64,000 nt of DNA from Squalus acanthias. Taxonomy: Eukaryota. Numbering within the stretch: position 1 is the first letter of the stretch; the number at the start of each line of letters is the position of its first letter. The notes below the pieces were generated by a model. The model saw only the letters and a program-made list of their open reading frames with translations, was not told the DNA's origin and did no database searches. Where the stretch lies: NCBI GenBank assembly GCA_030390025.1, contig CM059425.1, positions 167,650,001-167,714,000 on the forward strand, written 5' to 3'. Positions 48,301 through 61,495 of this stretch are shown here, piece after piece. Position numbers and translations under genes: made by a program.

Positions 48301-50488
48301 GGCGCAGGATGAAGTCCAAGCCTGAATGTCGTCCTGGTCTTGTTGCATGCAGGCATAGACTGCTTCATTATCTGAGGAGTTGCGAATGGAACTGAACATT
48401 GTGCAATCATCAGCGAACATCTCCACTTCTGACCTTATGATGGAGGGAAGGTCATTGATGAAGCAGCTGAAGATGGTTGGGACTAGGACACTGCCCTGAG
48501 GAACTCATGCAGCGATGTCCTGGGGCTGAGAAGGTTGGCCTCCAAAAACCACAACCTTTGTGCTAGGTATGACTCCAGCCAGTGGAAAGTTTTCCACCCG
48601 ATTCCCATTGACTTCAATTTTACTAGGGCTTCTTGATGCCACACTCGGTCAAATGCTGCCTTGATGTCAAGGGCAGTCACTCTCACCTCACCTCTGGAAT
48701 TCAGCTCTTTTGTCCATGTTTGGATCAAGGCTGTAATGAGGTCTGGAGCTGAGTGGTCCTGGCGGAACCCAAACTGAGCATCGGTGAGGACGATTTTGGT
48801 GAATAAGTGCCGCTTGATAGCACTGTCGACAACATCTTCTGTCACTTTGCTGATGATTGTGAGTAGACTGATCGGGCGGTAATTGGCCGGATTAGACTTA
48901 TCCTGCCTTTTGTGGACAGGACATACCTGGGCAGTTTTCCACATTGTCGGATAGATGCCAGTGTTATAGTTGTACTGGAACAGCTTGGCTAGAGGCACGG
49001 ATAGTTCAGGAGCACAAGTCTTCAGCATGACAGCCGGGATGTTGTTGGGGCCCACAGCCTTTGCTGTATCCAGTGCGCTCAGCCGTTTCTTGATATCACG
49101 TGGAGTGAATCGAATTGGCTGAAGATTGGCTTCTGTGATGGTGGGGACCTCAGGAGGAGGCTGAGGTTGATCATTCACTTGGCACTTCTGGCTGAAGATG
49201 GTTGCAAACGCTTCAGCCTTATCTTTTGCACTCGCCTGCTGGGCTCCGCTATCATTGAGGATGGGGATGTTCATGGAGCCTCCTCCTCCCGTCAGTTGTT
49301 TAATGGTCCACCACCATTCATGACTGGATGTGGCAGGACTGCAGAGCTTTGATGTGATCCATTAGTTGTGAGATTGCTTAGCCCTGTCTATAGCATGCTG
49401 CTTCCATTGTTTATCATGCATGTAATCCTGTGTTGCAGCTTCCCCAGGTTGGCACCTCATTTTTAGGTACGTCTGGTGCTGCTCCTGTACACTCCTCATT
49501 GAACCAGGGTTGGTCACCTGGCTTGATGTTAATGGTAGAGTGAGGGATATGCCAGGCCATGAGGCTACAGATTGTGGTGGATTACAATTCTGCTGCTGCT
49601 GATTGCCCACAGCACCTCATGAATACCCAGTTTCGAGCTGCTAGATCTCTCCCATTTAGCACTGTGGTATTGCCACACATGATGGAGAGTGTCTTCAGTG
49701 TGAAGACAGGACTTCGTCTCCACAAGGACTGTGCGGTGGTCACTGCTACCAATACTGTCATGGACAGATGCATCTGCGGCAGGTAGATTGGTGAGGACGA
49801 GAGTCAAGTAGGTTTTTCCCTCGCCACCTGCTGCAGGCCCAGTCTGATAGCTGTGTCCTTCAGGACTTGGCCAGCTTGATCAGTAGTGGTGCTACCAAGC
49901 CACTCTTGGTGATGGACATTGAAGTCCCCCACCCAGAGTACATTCTGTGCCCTTGCTACCCTCAGTGCTTCTTCCAAGTGGTGTTCAACATGGAGGAGTA
50001 CTGATTCATCAGCTGAGGGAGGGCGGTATGTGGTAATCAGCAGGAGGTTTCCTTGCCCATGTTTGACCTGATGCCATGAGACTTCATGGGGTCCGGAGTC
50101 AATGTTGAGGACTCCCAGGGCCACTCCTTCCCAACTGTATACCACTGTGCTGCCACTTCTGGTAGGTCTGTCCTGCCGGTCGGACAGGACATACCCAGGG
50201 ATGGTGATGGAGGAGTCTGGGACATTGGCAGAAAGGTATGATTCTATGAGTATGACTATGTCAGGTTGTTGCTTGACTAGTCTATGGGACAGCTCTCCAA
50301 ATTTTGACACAAGTCCCCAGATGTTAGTGAGGAGGAATTTGCAGGGTCGACTGGGCTGGGTGTGCTGTTGTCGTCTCCGAAGCCGGTGCCAAGGTCGATG
50401 CCGAGTGGTTCATCTGGTTTTATTCTTATTCTTATTTCTTGTAGTGGTTTGTTACAACTAAGTGGCTTGCTAGGTCATTTCAAAGGGC

Positions 50489-50765
50489 CATGATGCGGAG
50501 ATGCCGGCGTTGGACTGGGGTGGACAAAAATGAGAAGTCGCACAACACCAGGTTATAGTCCAACAGATTTATTTAAAATTACAAGCTTTTGGATCTATCG
50601 CCCCTTCCTCAGGTAAAGTTACAATGAGTGAATCTACAAAAGTTATATACTGAGAACTTTTGTAGATTCACTCATTGTAACTTTACCTGAGGAAGGGGCG
50701 ATAGCTCCGAAAGCTTGTAATTTTAAATAAATCTGTTGGACTATAACCTGGTGTTGTGCGACTTC
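50489..50765 (-). mobile_element. Non-coding palindromic PLE A insertion (~280 bp)
   Basis: 117-bp arms 50528-50644 and 50655-50771, 10-nt loop, 39-nt tail; TSD TCATTTCAAAGGGC (50475-50488, 50766-50779). Confidence 0.95.
50683..50720 (+). ncRNA. Minimal hammerhead ribozyme motif
   Basis: UUAC-CUGAGGA-A-GGGGC(GAUA)GCUCC-GAAA-GC-UU-GUAA; the opposite arm has GAAA changed to AAAA. Confidence 0.85.
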
Positions 50766-51680
50766 TCATTTCAAAGGGCAGTTAAGAGTCAACCACATTG
50801 CTTTGGGTCTGGAGTCACATATAGGCCAGACCAGGTAAGGACAGCAGATTTCCTTTCCTAAAGTACATTAGCAAACCAGATGGTTTTTTACACAATCCGG
50901 TAGTTTCATGGTCACCATGACTGACACTAGCTTTTTATTCCAGATTTATTTAATTAACAATTTAAATTCCCCAGCTGCCATAGTGGGATTTGAACTCTGG
51001 AGCTTTAGTCCAGGCCTTTGGATTACTAGTCCAGTAACATAACCACTATGCTACCGTACCCCGCTTGTGGGGGGTCCTTCCTGCTGCTGAACACATGTTC
51101 AGCTGTTTATGATTTGGAGAGGGCATTGAATGGAGCAGCGACGTCCAAAATGGCAGGTTGTGCGTCAAATCAGTGTTGCACACTCATTGACGTCATGACC
51201 TACCTCATTTCCATTTCTCCAGCGAGCGCAAGCAATGGCAGCGCTGCCGACCTGCCCAAAATGGTGGCCGCTGCAGGACCCACCAGAAGTGGTCAGAAGC
51301 AAGGCGGCTAGCCATTTTTTCATCCAAACAGTCTTACCGGCCAGTTCAAACGGGCCGAATTTCATGGCCTAATGGAATGTTGGCCTTCATCTCAAGGGGC
51401 CAGAATACAAAGGGGAGGAAGTTATCCTTCAATTGTACAGGTGGTCTGAGCAGCCCGAGGGCAGAAATCGCCTATGTGACGTCAAACGGCCACATCTGTG
51501 TTATTTGCATTCTGTTGCTGGACAGCTGTTGGGTGCCTGGAGCAACTGCTGGTGGAAAGCAGGAAGGATGCAAAATAGCACCTGGAACTAGTAGTGCACG
51601 CCCCTCCCTGCCTGCCCAAATTATACTGCTACACCTGGGGGAGGAGTTGCGGAAAATGTCCAATAGTCCAATCTATTTTT

Positions 51681-51830
51681 GATGGTACTGCTTGAGGGAT
51701 ATTTATTGGCCAGGATACCAGGAGAACTTCCGGCTCATCTTCAATTAGTGACATGGGATCTTTAATGTCCACCTAAACAGGCAGACAGGCCTTGGCTTAA
51801 CGTTTTATCTGAAGTACGGCACCTTTGATG
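51681..51830 (-). mobile_element. Deu-domain SINE fragment
   Basis: Reverse complement resembles 21970-22080 plus 22520-22560. Confidence 0.65.
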
Positions 51831-53004
51831 GTCCGCTTGTGCTTTGGTTGTGCCATTTGCCACCTGATGGAGCCGACCTGATGCCAGTTGCTCTTCTTCC
51901 TCGTATGGGTCAATGTCTAAACCTAAGCAGTGCTGATTTCTCTACTCATAGTGGAGCTTCAGTACTTGAGGTACAGTCCTAATCCTATCAGAAATTCCTA
52001 GCTTCACCTTTAGATGTATTCCCTTACCTTCAGGCAATCCCTAAATCCAAAAACAATGATCTGAGACACTTCCTAACATTTTCTAAATTGAGAAAGAAAA
52101 AAAAAAGAAGATCTCAGACACTGGGTGAAATTTCAGAACCATTTCTATATTCCCTTGACCGTCAGGCTTCTGAAGTCAAGCCTCTGACCCAAGTGGATTA
52201 TTAGGCTGATCAGCTAGGACTTTGAGGGTTAAACTAGTGTTGGGCCTTTGCTTGCCATGCTAAAAGGATCCAACAGTGAAACGGACAAAAACTAATTAGA
52301 AAAAATCATTGTCACTCAACAGTAAAATGTGTGAAGTGCCTTTTAAAATTAATGACACCTGTATAATTTTTGGAAACAAAAAAAATCAATCGCGGAGTCT
52401 AGTTTTTACATTTCCCCAGAAGAAAGAAACAAATGTGGAAATCGCAGGTTCCAACCCAAATGGCGCCAATTACATTTCACAAAGTTCCTCAGCAACATCA
52501 GTGCCGAGTCTGTAATCACTTTCGATTTTGTCTTTGTTATTCTTGGAGATGTGGGTAATGCCCATGAAATAAAATATTTCAGTGTCAAAACACACAGCGC
52601 TCCTTCATTCAGTGCATCCCATTATCCATTGGATTTAAAATTGAGATCATGTAGCCTATTAATTAAAGTCAACAATCGCTTGCAATTACTGGAGTCATGC
52701 CTGCTGCCGGTACGTTAAAAACAAATGAAGGTAAAACTTACATATTTTGTAGCTCCTAGGAAGTTTAGTTTATTTATTGCAATATTTCAGATGTAGCATT
52801 ATATTCACACAATGCTTTAGTTGAATTTAAAAAAAATTTCAAGGTTGCACGTGAAACTGGCAGGCTAGTGAACAAAGAGGCCCAGACAGCCTGTGAGCAC
52901 TGTCAACAAATGACCATTGGCTGTGCTGCTTCTGATTCGACACTATGCTTGCTGCAGCATATTCCAATTAGAAAACCAGCAAAATAAGGATCCAGATTTT
53001 GCAT

Positions 53005-55340
53005 GGAATCATAGAATCATACAGCACAGCAGGAGGCCATTCAGCCCATCGTGCCTGTGCCGGCTCTTTGGTAGAGCTATCTAATTCGTCCCACTCCCCT
53101 ATTCTTTCCCCATAGCCCTGCAATTTTTTTCCCTTCAAGTATTTATCCAATTCTCTTTTGAATGTTACTACTGAATCTGCTTCCACCACCCTTACAGGCA
53201 GTGCATTCCAGATCACAACAACTCGCTGCATAAAAAAATGTTTCCTCATGTCGCCTGTAGTTCTTTTGCAATCACGCTAAATCTTTGTCCTCTGGTTACC
53301 GATTGTTCTGCTACTGGAAACAGTTTCTCCTTATTTACTCTATCCAATCAAAACAATTCATGATTTTGGACACCTCTATCAAATCTATTCTTAACCTTCT
53401 CTGCTCTAAGGGGAACAACCCCAGCTTCTCCAGTCTCTCCACATAATTGACATCCCTCATTCTAGGAAATCTCTTCTGCATCCTCTCTAAGGACTTAACA
53501 ATCTTCCTAAAATGTGGTGCCCAAAATTGAACACAGTACTCCAGCTGAGGTCTAACCAGTGTTTTATAAAGGTTTAGCATAACTTTCTGGATTTTGTACT
53601 CTATTCCTCTATTAATAAAGCCAAGGATCCCATGTGCTTTTTTAACAGCCTTCTCAACTTGTCTTGCCACCTTCAACGATTTGTGTACATACACCCATGT
53701 CTCTCTGTTCCTGCACCCCCTTTAAAATTGTACCATTTAGTTTATATTGCCTCTCCTCATTCTTCCCACCAAAATGTATCACTTCACACTTGTCTGCGTT
53801 AAATTTCATCTGCAATGTATCTGCATATTTTACTAGTCTGTCTACATCCTCCTGAAGCCTGTTACTATCCTCCTCATTGTTTCCAAGTTTTGTATCATCT
53901 AAAAACTTTGAAATTATGCCCTGTATACCCATGTCCAGGTCATTACTATATATCAAAAAGAGCAGTGGTCCTAATACCGACCCCTGGGAACACCACTATA
54001 TACTTCCCTCCAGTCTGATAAACAACCGTGCACCACTATTCCCTACTTTCTGTGCCTTAGCCAATTTTGTATCCATGCTGCCACTGTCCCTTTAATCCCA
54101 TGGGCTTTAATTTTGCTAACAAGTCTATTATGTGGTATGTTGTCAAACGCCTTTTGAAAATTCATATACACATCAACTGCACTACCCTCATCAACCCTCT
54201 CCATTACTTCATCAAAGAACTCAATCAAATTAGTCAAACACGATTTGCCTTTAACAAATCCATTCTGACTTTCATTTATTAGCTTATACATTTCCAAATG
54301 CCAATTAATTTTGTCCCGGATTATCATCTCTAAAAGTTTCCCCACCACCGACATTAGGCTGACTGGCCCGTAGTTGTTGGGTTTATCTCCCTCCCCTTTT
54401 TTAAACAAGGGTGTAACATTTACAATCCTCCAGTCCTCTGGCACCACCCCCATATCCAAGGAGGATTGTAAGATTGTGGTCAGAGCTTCTGCATTTTCCA
54501 CTCTTACTTCCCTCAGTAACCTAAGATGCATTCCATCTGGACCAGGTGGCTTTGAGGACTGCCAACCTTTTAAATACATCCTCTTTATTTTTATCCTGTC
54601 CAATATCACTACTGCCTCCTTCTTTACTGCTACATTGGCAGCATCCTCTGCTCTAGTGAAGACAGATGTAAAGTACTCATTTAGTATCTCAGCCAGGTCC
54701 TCTGACTCCACAAGAAGATCTCCTTTTTGGTCCCCAATCAGCCCCATCCTTCCATGATTTATGTGTTTTAAAAGACTTTTGGGTTCCCTTTTATGTTAGC
54801 AGCTAATCTATTCTCATAGTCTCTCTTTGCCCCTCTTATTTGTTCAGCTTGGTTCTCTACTGTATTATGAACATTCCAATTGTCATAAGCCTCCTTTTTC
54901 TGTTTAATTTTAACCTCTATATATTTGTCATCCAGGGAGCTCTAGCTTTGGATTACCCTCCTTCCCCCCTCATGGGAATGTGTCTACTCTGTACCCGAAC
55001 CATCTTTTCTTTGAAGGTCTCCTATTGTTCAATTACTGTTTTGCCTACCAACTTTTGATTCATATCTGTCTGGGCCAGATCCCTTTTCAACTCACTGATG
55101 TTAGTCCTTCTTTTACGCTGAATGCTACCTTGACCTATTCCAAAACTATTCTGAACCTGATGATATTATGATCACTGTTCCCCAAATGAAACCTGCTCCA
55201 CTTACCCAACTTCATTCCCCAGTACTAGATCCAACACTGCCTCCTTCCTCGTTGGGCTGGAAACACACTAATCAAGAAAGTTCTCTTGTACACATTTCAG
55301 GTATTCCTCCCCCTCTTTGCCCTTTACACTGTTACTGTCC
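53005..55340 (-). mobile_element. CR1 LINE, decayed ORF2 and 3' UTR
   Basis: Frameshifted RT ORFs 52968-54747; (TTCTATGA)n tail. Confidence 0.92.
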
Positions 55341-56047
55341 CAGAGTTAGCATCTTGTGGCAACCCCCACTAGTTAAACTTTTTCCCTCACCCTTCAGCCC
55401 AAAAAAGTTTTGCCCTGTAAGTTGCTGGAAGTGCAAGCTGATAACGGCACATCGTGGCCAACAGGGCTTCTGGGACCTTAGTGAGAAATGGGACCAACAG
55501 TCTATCTCCTTAACCAATGAGATTTAAGGATTGAGAAAGAAACAGAGGAACAACTGAAAAGGAAATAGGATGAATTATAGTCAAATCAGGTACACAGAGA
55601 GAAATAAAGGCCATGATTTTGCCGGTGCTCAGAGGGCGGGTTCGGAGGCGGGTCAGGTGTTAAAGTCGCAATGATTGATGACAGGTTGAAAACCTGCCAT
55701 GAACCCGCCTTCGTGTGAGTTTCAAGAGTGTCGGGTCTGCGATTTCAAAACAGACCCGACAACAAGCGGTGGGTGAGGGATTTAAGGCACCTAACTTCTT
55801 GTTAAGTGCTTGTTAACTGCTATTTTGAGAGCCTTTTCCAATTTTCCAAAATTTCAATCGGGTTTCAAGACGTTCTGAGATCATGCCAGGTAAGTGTGTT
55901 GGGACAACCAACGAGCTGGAAACTTCACAGCTGCAACTGAAGTCTAAAAGCTGCTCTATCGCATCTGCTCAATTTCAAATGTCGGAGGTTGCTGATTTAA
56001 CGATTTGGGAGACACATTTTGTCTTGAGGCTGTAAGTGTGTGGTGTA

Positions 56048-56810
56048 GGGGGAAAAATGGAGTCGCGCCCCCTTTGGGGCGCTAACTTCGCCGGAGCGCT
56101 ACATTTACCGAAACAATTAGCGCCCCCGCGGCCGAAATTCATCGGTAGTGCCCCAAGAGGGAAGCAGGGCGCTACTGGAAGCGCCCCACCTCCCTCTTGG
56201 GGCGCTGCAAGGGAATATCGCTTCACTACGTGCCGCAGCGCCATGTGCTGCGGCACGTCGCGCCACAGTACTGCAGGCATTCCTCCCCTTCTTAAAGGGG
56301 AGGGGCCTAGCGCAGCGCGACCCAGGGCCCAGTTGGGCCACCAGGGATCGGAGTGCCGGCAAAAGAGCCCAGCACTCAAGAGGAGTGCCGGGCTCACGGA
56401 GCACAGCCGACACTCTGCGGGGGGTGGGGGGGGCTGCTGAGGAGGCCGGGAATGGCAACGGGGGCAGGTGCTGGCAGGCGGCCAGCAACAAAAATGGCTG
56501 CCCGGCACCTCACCTTTAATTAGCGCCGCCCTGGCCGCAGGTAGGCCCCCCTGACCCCGTCGGACATAGCGTCCAGCGGTAAGTCAGGGGGCGATACCGA
56601 AGATCGCGGCCGGGGCGCTAGCGGGGTGCTGCGTATGGCGATGATGTCATCACTGGCGGTGCAGCGCCGCGGGGCGCTAACGGTTACTGCCGCCGCTAAC
56701 CTCCCGCTGAATTTCGCGGGAGGCGTTGGCAGCGCCGCGCCTGGGCGCTAGTTGCTTTGTGCCCTCTTAGGGCGCTAACGAGAGGCGCAAAGCAACCAAA
56801 TTTTTCCCCC
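56048..56810. mobile_element. GC-rich Harbinger-type MITE (copy 4)
   Basis: GGGGGAAAAATGG / CCAAATTTTTCCCCC; reverse complement of 13611-14301 with an extra ~70 bp. Confidence 0.9.
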
Positions 56811-57002
56811 TATATCCACTGTCACCTGTATTGCTGGATATAAAAGGCTCCCTCACCCTTCACTGTGCCACCTCAAATTGTGAACACATATGGCAACGAT
56901 GTCAAATGTTCATACAACATTAATTTATTCCAACATAATAAAAGAACAGAAACTTAACATTGAATTCTATCAGATCACCCAAGTGAGTACCCTTGTGATC
57001 AT

Positions 57003-58883
57003 TTATGTGTCAGCTTTCTCTTACGTGTGCTTCTACATGATGCTACCCCTGTGGCTTCAGCAGATGTAAGGACAGCCTGCTCACTTCCCTGCTGCGCCTG
57101 CTTACACACCTTTGGCGATCATCCTCTGGGTTTTGGAGCCTGTGAAGGCCCCGCCAAAGTCTGCTCCTCCTGCGGCTGCACAGGGGCAGACTCAGCCATC
57201 ACTGCTCGGGCAGTCATCTGGGGCTCTGACCGAGGGGTTGGCAAGGGGATGGAAGTTGGAGTGCATGGAGAGGAGCCCCCGCTTGCATGTCGCCTCTCAC
57301 CATCATCCCTCTCATGGGCCACCTGCACTTCTCTGCTAGCAAGTAGCTGGAGAGCACCTTGCTGCACATCAGTGTGTCCATGAGGACCTGTCTCTGTACT
57401 GACAGTCCTCATAATGGGGACGTCCATGGACCTCTGGTTCCTCTCCACGATAGATGCTCATCTATCCTCCATAGCTGACCATCTATTTAGAAGAGTCACC
57501 ATGTTCATTTGAGTCTGGCGATTTATATCCTCCATGGAGGTAGCCATCCTTTCCATGGCAGGACCTACATTCGCCATTGTGTGCACCACGGTATTGCTCA
57601 TGTTGGAGATGGACTCCATTCTCTGCACACTCACAGTCACAGTGGTTGCAAACCCAGTCAGTGCCTCCTGCCCTTGTTCCTGAAGCTCCAGCACCGCTCA
57701 GTGTTTACATGCAGCTGAGCAAAGCTATGAGCGTCCTGCGGCTTCCAATGAGGACTCTCCACTGCTGTCCCTGTTTCCACCATCTGATCTTGCTCACTCG
57801 TGCATTGTGATACACCAGGTGACAACACTACTCTATCTCGCAAACAGCCCACCGAGGTGTGCGTCTCTGCGCTGGTGCTGGGTGCACTCATTTGTGCTGA
57901 CGTTGATCCCTCAGAGGATGCAGCATCCTCTGAGGTGTCCTCCTGCTCTTCCTCCTGGACAGTAGGGAGGGGGACGCTTGCTGGTCCTGTGAGAGAGTAA
58001 AGACATGATTTAGACATGTGATATGTAGATTGCAGGCACATCCCATTGTGCACATGATGAGCATTCAATTTCTATTGACATCAGATGCCATATGTGTCAC
58101 TCATGAAAGCCAAATAAGATGAATGGAGAAGCATTCTGTCACCAGGTTGTTCAACTGAGCCCATCTCTCCGTCCCCCACTTTGACCTGTACCACTGATCC
58201 CACAATGTCCAGAGCGGCCTCCTCAGCGTTGGTCAGCTGTGATAACAATGGTGTTCCTCCTCCTGTTCTCTCCCTCTCCCTCTTATTGTGGCCTTTCTTT
58301 TCCTGCAATGAGGGAAAGAAGTGGAGTTTCACTGAGAGTGATGGAATGCGTGTAAAAAATGGATAGGATAGATGTTTAGAGGGAGACTGTGATGGAGTGG
58401 GTTCCCATTACGAAGTTCCGTCCTTTTGAGTTGTAAGTTGTTGTCAGTGCATAACCTTGAGGGTGGGTGTGAGGGGTGCATTAAGATGGGGATGTGATTC
58501 TGTGCATAGGGAGAGAGGGATGGGTGATGGTGAAGCGATGTTGGGTAGAGTCAGGATGTGCAAGAGCAGGGTTAGCAATGCAGAGTGATGGGGATGTGAT
58601 GACAGGCACAGCAGAATTCAGGTAATTGTGCTTTTATACTCACTTTTCCAGAGCGCAGGAGATCATTCAACCTTTTCCTGCATTGGACCCAGGTGCGACT
58701 GTACATGAACCTGGCACTGACCTCCTCAGCTATTCGCAGCCAGGCTGCCTTTGTCTGCTGAGGAGGTTTCCTTCTTTCATCAGCTGGGTCTAGGACCTCC
58801 CGACGTCCTCTGACTCCCTCCACAAAAACATGGAGGGAGTCCTCGTTGAAGCGGGGAGCTGCCTTTTGTTTCTCTGCAGACAT
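57003..58883 (-). pseudogene. Harbinger Myb/SANT-like gene; exons ~58883-58644, 58302-58143, 57986 downward
   Basis: MSAEKQKAAPRFNEDSL...AWLRIAEEV..RTWVQCRKRLNDL|EKKGHNKRERERTGGG; GT-AG sites; exon 3 frameshifted; AATAAA near 56925. Confidence 0.8.
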
Positions 58884-59907
58884 CGTGGACAGCACCAGCA
58901 GTCAGAAGCACCAGAAACGACCTGAGATCTAATTGTGAAATGGCTCTTAAATACACCGGCTGCAAATGCGTCAGCAGACCAGCTGAACAGACCCTGCACC
59001 TTGTGATCAGAGCGGGTAATGCGCACGGCGGGCTTAACGAGCCCAATTAACAGAAAATTGTGTCAGCAGACCAGCTAGAGCCAGCAGCGGGACCGGAACC
59101 CGCCAACTAACGTTCCTGACGCCAACCCACCTCCAATCAGAAAATCGCAGCCAAAGAGAGGGAAAGAAAGATTGGATGAAGAGAGAGAAAAAGAGACAGA
59201 AAGTTAAGTAAGAAATTAAATAAGTACTGCCATTTTTGCGAGGCTAACGGCTGACTGCCGCAAATGGTCCCGCAACTTGTGGAGATTCGCAATTCACAAG
59301 GAAGAATCTCCTCTTTGCCACAAGTTGCTGGCCGATTTACACATTAATAACAAAGAGCGCCATTAAATGCGTTGTTATCTTGGCAGCAAAATCTGGGCCA
59401 TGGAATAAGTTATCAACAGCGAGATCAGCGCTTTAGACGGTGCAATGTATGATGTACATCGCCCATCTCACCGCTGCAGAAATTAATAAATAACGTTTAC
59501 GTGGTATGAATTACTCTCCTCCTGGATGATGTAAAAATAAGGGGAGAAGACGATAAATGGAGTGAAATTGTATGCCATGTGAGTTCTAATTGTTGGTGCA
59601 GAGCTCAAGTCTCCCCTTTATAGAGTCTGAGGTATAATGTGCCTGTGCCTGTGCCGAACTTAATTCTGGGGCTGCACCATATGAGAAGTATCCAAATATC
59701 AAGAACACTACCCTTCATCTGATTTCTATGTTTAGTTCCACCTACATGTACAAATCTTTTTTCTCCAGACTTCAACACGTAAAATCAAAGTATAGATCTG
59801 TTCTGACAGGCGCTCACATTTCACAATTGTCATGTTTAGACATAACCGTGTAGAAAACAGATTTCAAGAAAATAGCCTGTCAAAAGCCGTATTAGCTCTG
59901 TACCCTA

Positions 59908-60333
59908 TAGAAACATAGAATCTAGGAGCAGGAGTAGGCCATTCGGCCCGTCGAGCCTGCTCCACCATTCAATACGATCATGGCTGATCATCCAAATCCA
60001 GTACCCTGTCCCTGCTTTAATCCCCACAGTACACACATCCCACCCTACCCCCGTAACCCCACGTATTTAATTCCCCCTAACATATCCCATCCTATCCCCA
60101 TAACCCCACATATTTAATCCCCCCCTAACACTAAGGGTCAATTTATCATAGCCAAATCAACCTAACCCGCACATTTTTGGACTGTGGGAGGAAACCGGAG
60201 CACCCGGAGGAAACCCACGCAGACACAGGGAGAATGTGCAAACTCCACACAGACAGTCACCCAAGGTCAGATTCGAACCCGGGTCCCTGGCGCTGTGAGG
60301 CACCAGTGCTAACCACTATGCCACCGTGTTGCC
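59908..60333 (-). mobile_element. HE1-type V-SINE (60020-60333) abutting a CR1 3' UTR (59908-60018)
   Basis: Near identical to 8600-8866; 59908-60018 matches the reverse complement of ~7785-7900. Confidence 0.85.
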
Positions 60334-61495
60334 ATAATGCAAGTTTTATTTGCTGTAGTTACAATAAGAATAAATCAATTTTACGGCTGGTATCAGTGTT
60401 TCACTATTCATTATTTAAGGTTTCTTATTGCTAATTATCATTGTTAATTGTTGGAATTATTGTAATTTTGTTGAAATTAATAATCTTTAATTAAAAAACA
60501 GCAATAACTGGAATTATTGGCACAAGTCTATTTGACGAAAGAAAATGTGCATGTTATATTGAAAATATCCATAAAAGTATACTTAGTTTTAATTTAAGGC
60601 ACATTTACCATCATAGAATGTGATGAACTGCAGGTCATGATTCTAGTTCTGTTAGCACTCCTGAACATACATGACCAGGCCTCTGTAAAAGCAACAGCTG
60701 CAGTAATCCACTTCTGGTGTCAGTCTCCCATGAGCTGAGCTGTAAAGTAAAAGGGCCTAAACACTTGCTGCACATTCTCAATTAAAACATTTCATTCTGG
60801 CTCTTGTACTTTGAAGGGTTGGCTACCCTTATATTGATGATAGGTAGATGTGTGTTCAGAGCGACCTGAATGTGTAAATATCAAAAAAAGTTCCATTATT
60901 ACACATTTGAAAGGTAACGCATGACGCTGCGCTGAGCATCAAATGTATTGATACAGAAAAATGTGATTGATACTTCTGAGCGACAAAAGCTGAAGAGTTT
61001 GTGTCTGAGGGTGGAGGGGTGTACTGGCACACTGATTAAATCTATTCTCCTTACATCCAACAGATTGTAAATGATTTCTCAAATGGAGAGAAGCAGTCTT
61101 TTTCTTTCCCCCAAGGGTCTTTAGAACTCTGGAAATTCAGACATTTTTCATTTAACCAAGTAGACCACTTGCTCCACAAACAAGTCAGAATACTCCTTTA
61201 TACCAGCTCCCAGCATTTCTATTTGAGGTTCAGAACATAGGGATGTTTCATGAATATTTTTCAATAATATGAACAAAGATTTTGTTGAACAATCTGTACA
61301 TTGTAGGAACTTAGGTACAAGAGTAAGCCATTCAGCCTCTCAAGCATTCAATTAGATCATGGCTGATCTGCATCTTCACTCCATCTTGCAGAATGGGCGC
61401 TTAATTGGCAGATTAATTTCAATATATGTAAGTGTGAGGTGGTGCATTTTGATACGAAGAATAAGGAGGCCACATACTGCTTGGATAATAAGAGA

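Larger units (their letters stand above)
48310..51062 (-). mobile_element. APE-RT non-LTR retrotransposon distinct from the CR1 copies; 3' end missing; tRNA-like 5' head
   Basis: PDIVILIES, YRPP, GDFN, SDH, NYRPISLL, QFGFR, DIKAAFD and FADD motifs; A box near 51043-51053 and B box near 50986-50997 on the minus strand. Confidence 0.85.
45630..51370. mobile_element. PIF/Harbinger transposon with convergent Myb-like and transposase genes, inserted in a CR1 fragment
   Basis: CR1 AAGGC|TAATGGAATGTTGGCC is split at these positions; the right end GAATTTCATGGCC is also seen at 63258-63270. Confidence 0.75.
55609..59152. mobile_element. Harbinger derivative carrying only the Myb-like gene
   Basis: TIR GGCCATGATTTT vs GGCTGCGATTTT; 3-bp TSD AAA; no transposase motifs seen. 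Confidence 0.85.
55345..59399. mobile_element. MITE of the 1061 family, split by the Harbinger element at 55609-59152
   Basis: GAGAAATAAA|GAGAGGGAAAG continuity; ends CAGCAAAATCTGGGCC. Confidence 0.7.

Noticed and set aside
47836..48426. RT-transposase fusion ORF
   Set aside because: It is a chance junction of a LINE FADD segment with a decayed transposase C-terminus.
50970..51062. tRNA genes here and at 8790-8886, 21851-21920 and 60260-60333
   Set aside because: A/B boxes sit in retroelement heads; no complete cloverleaf could be drawn.
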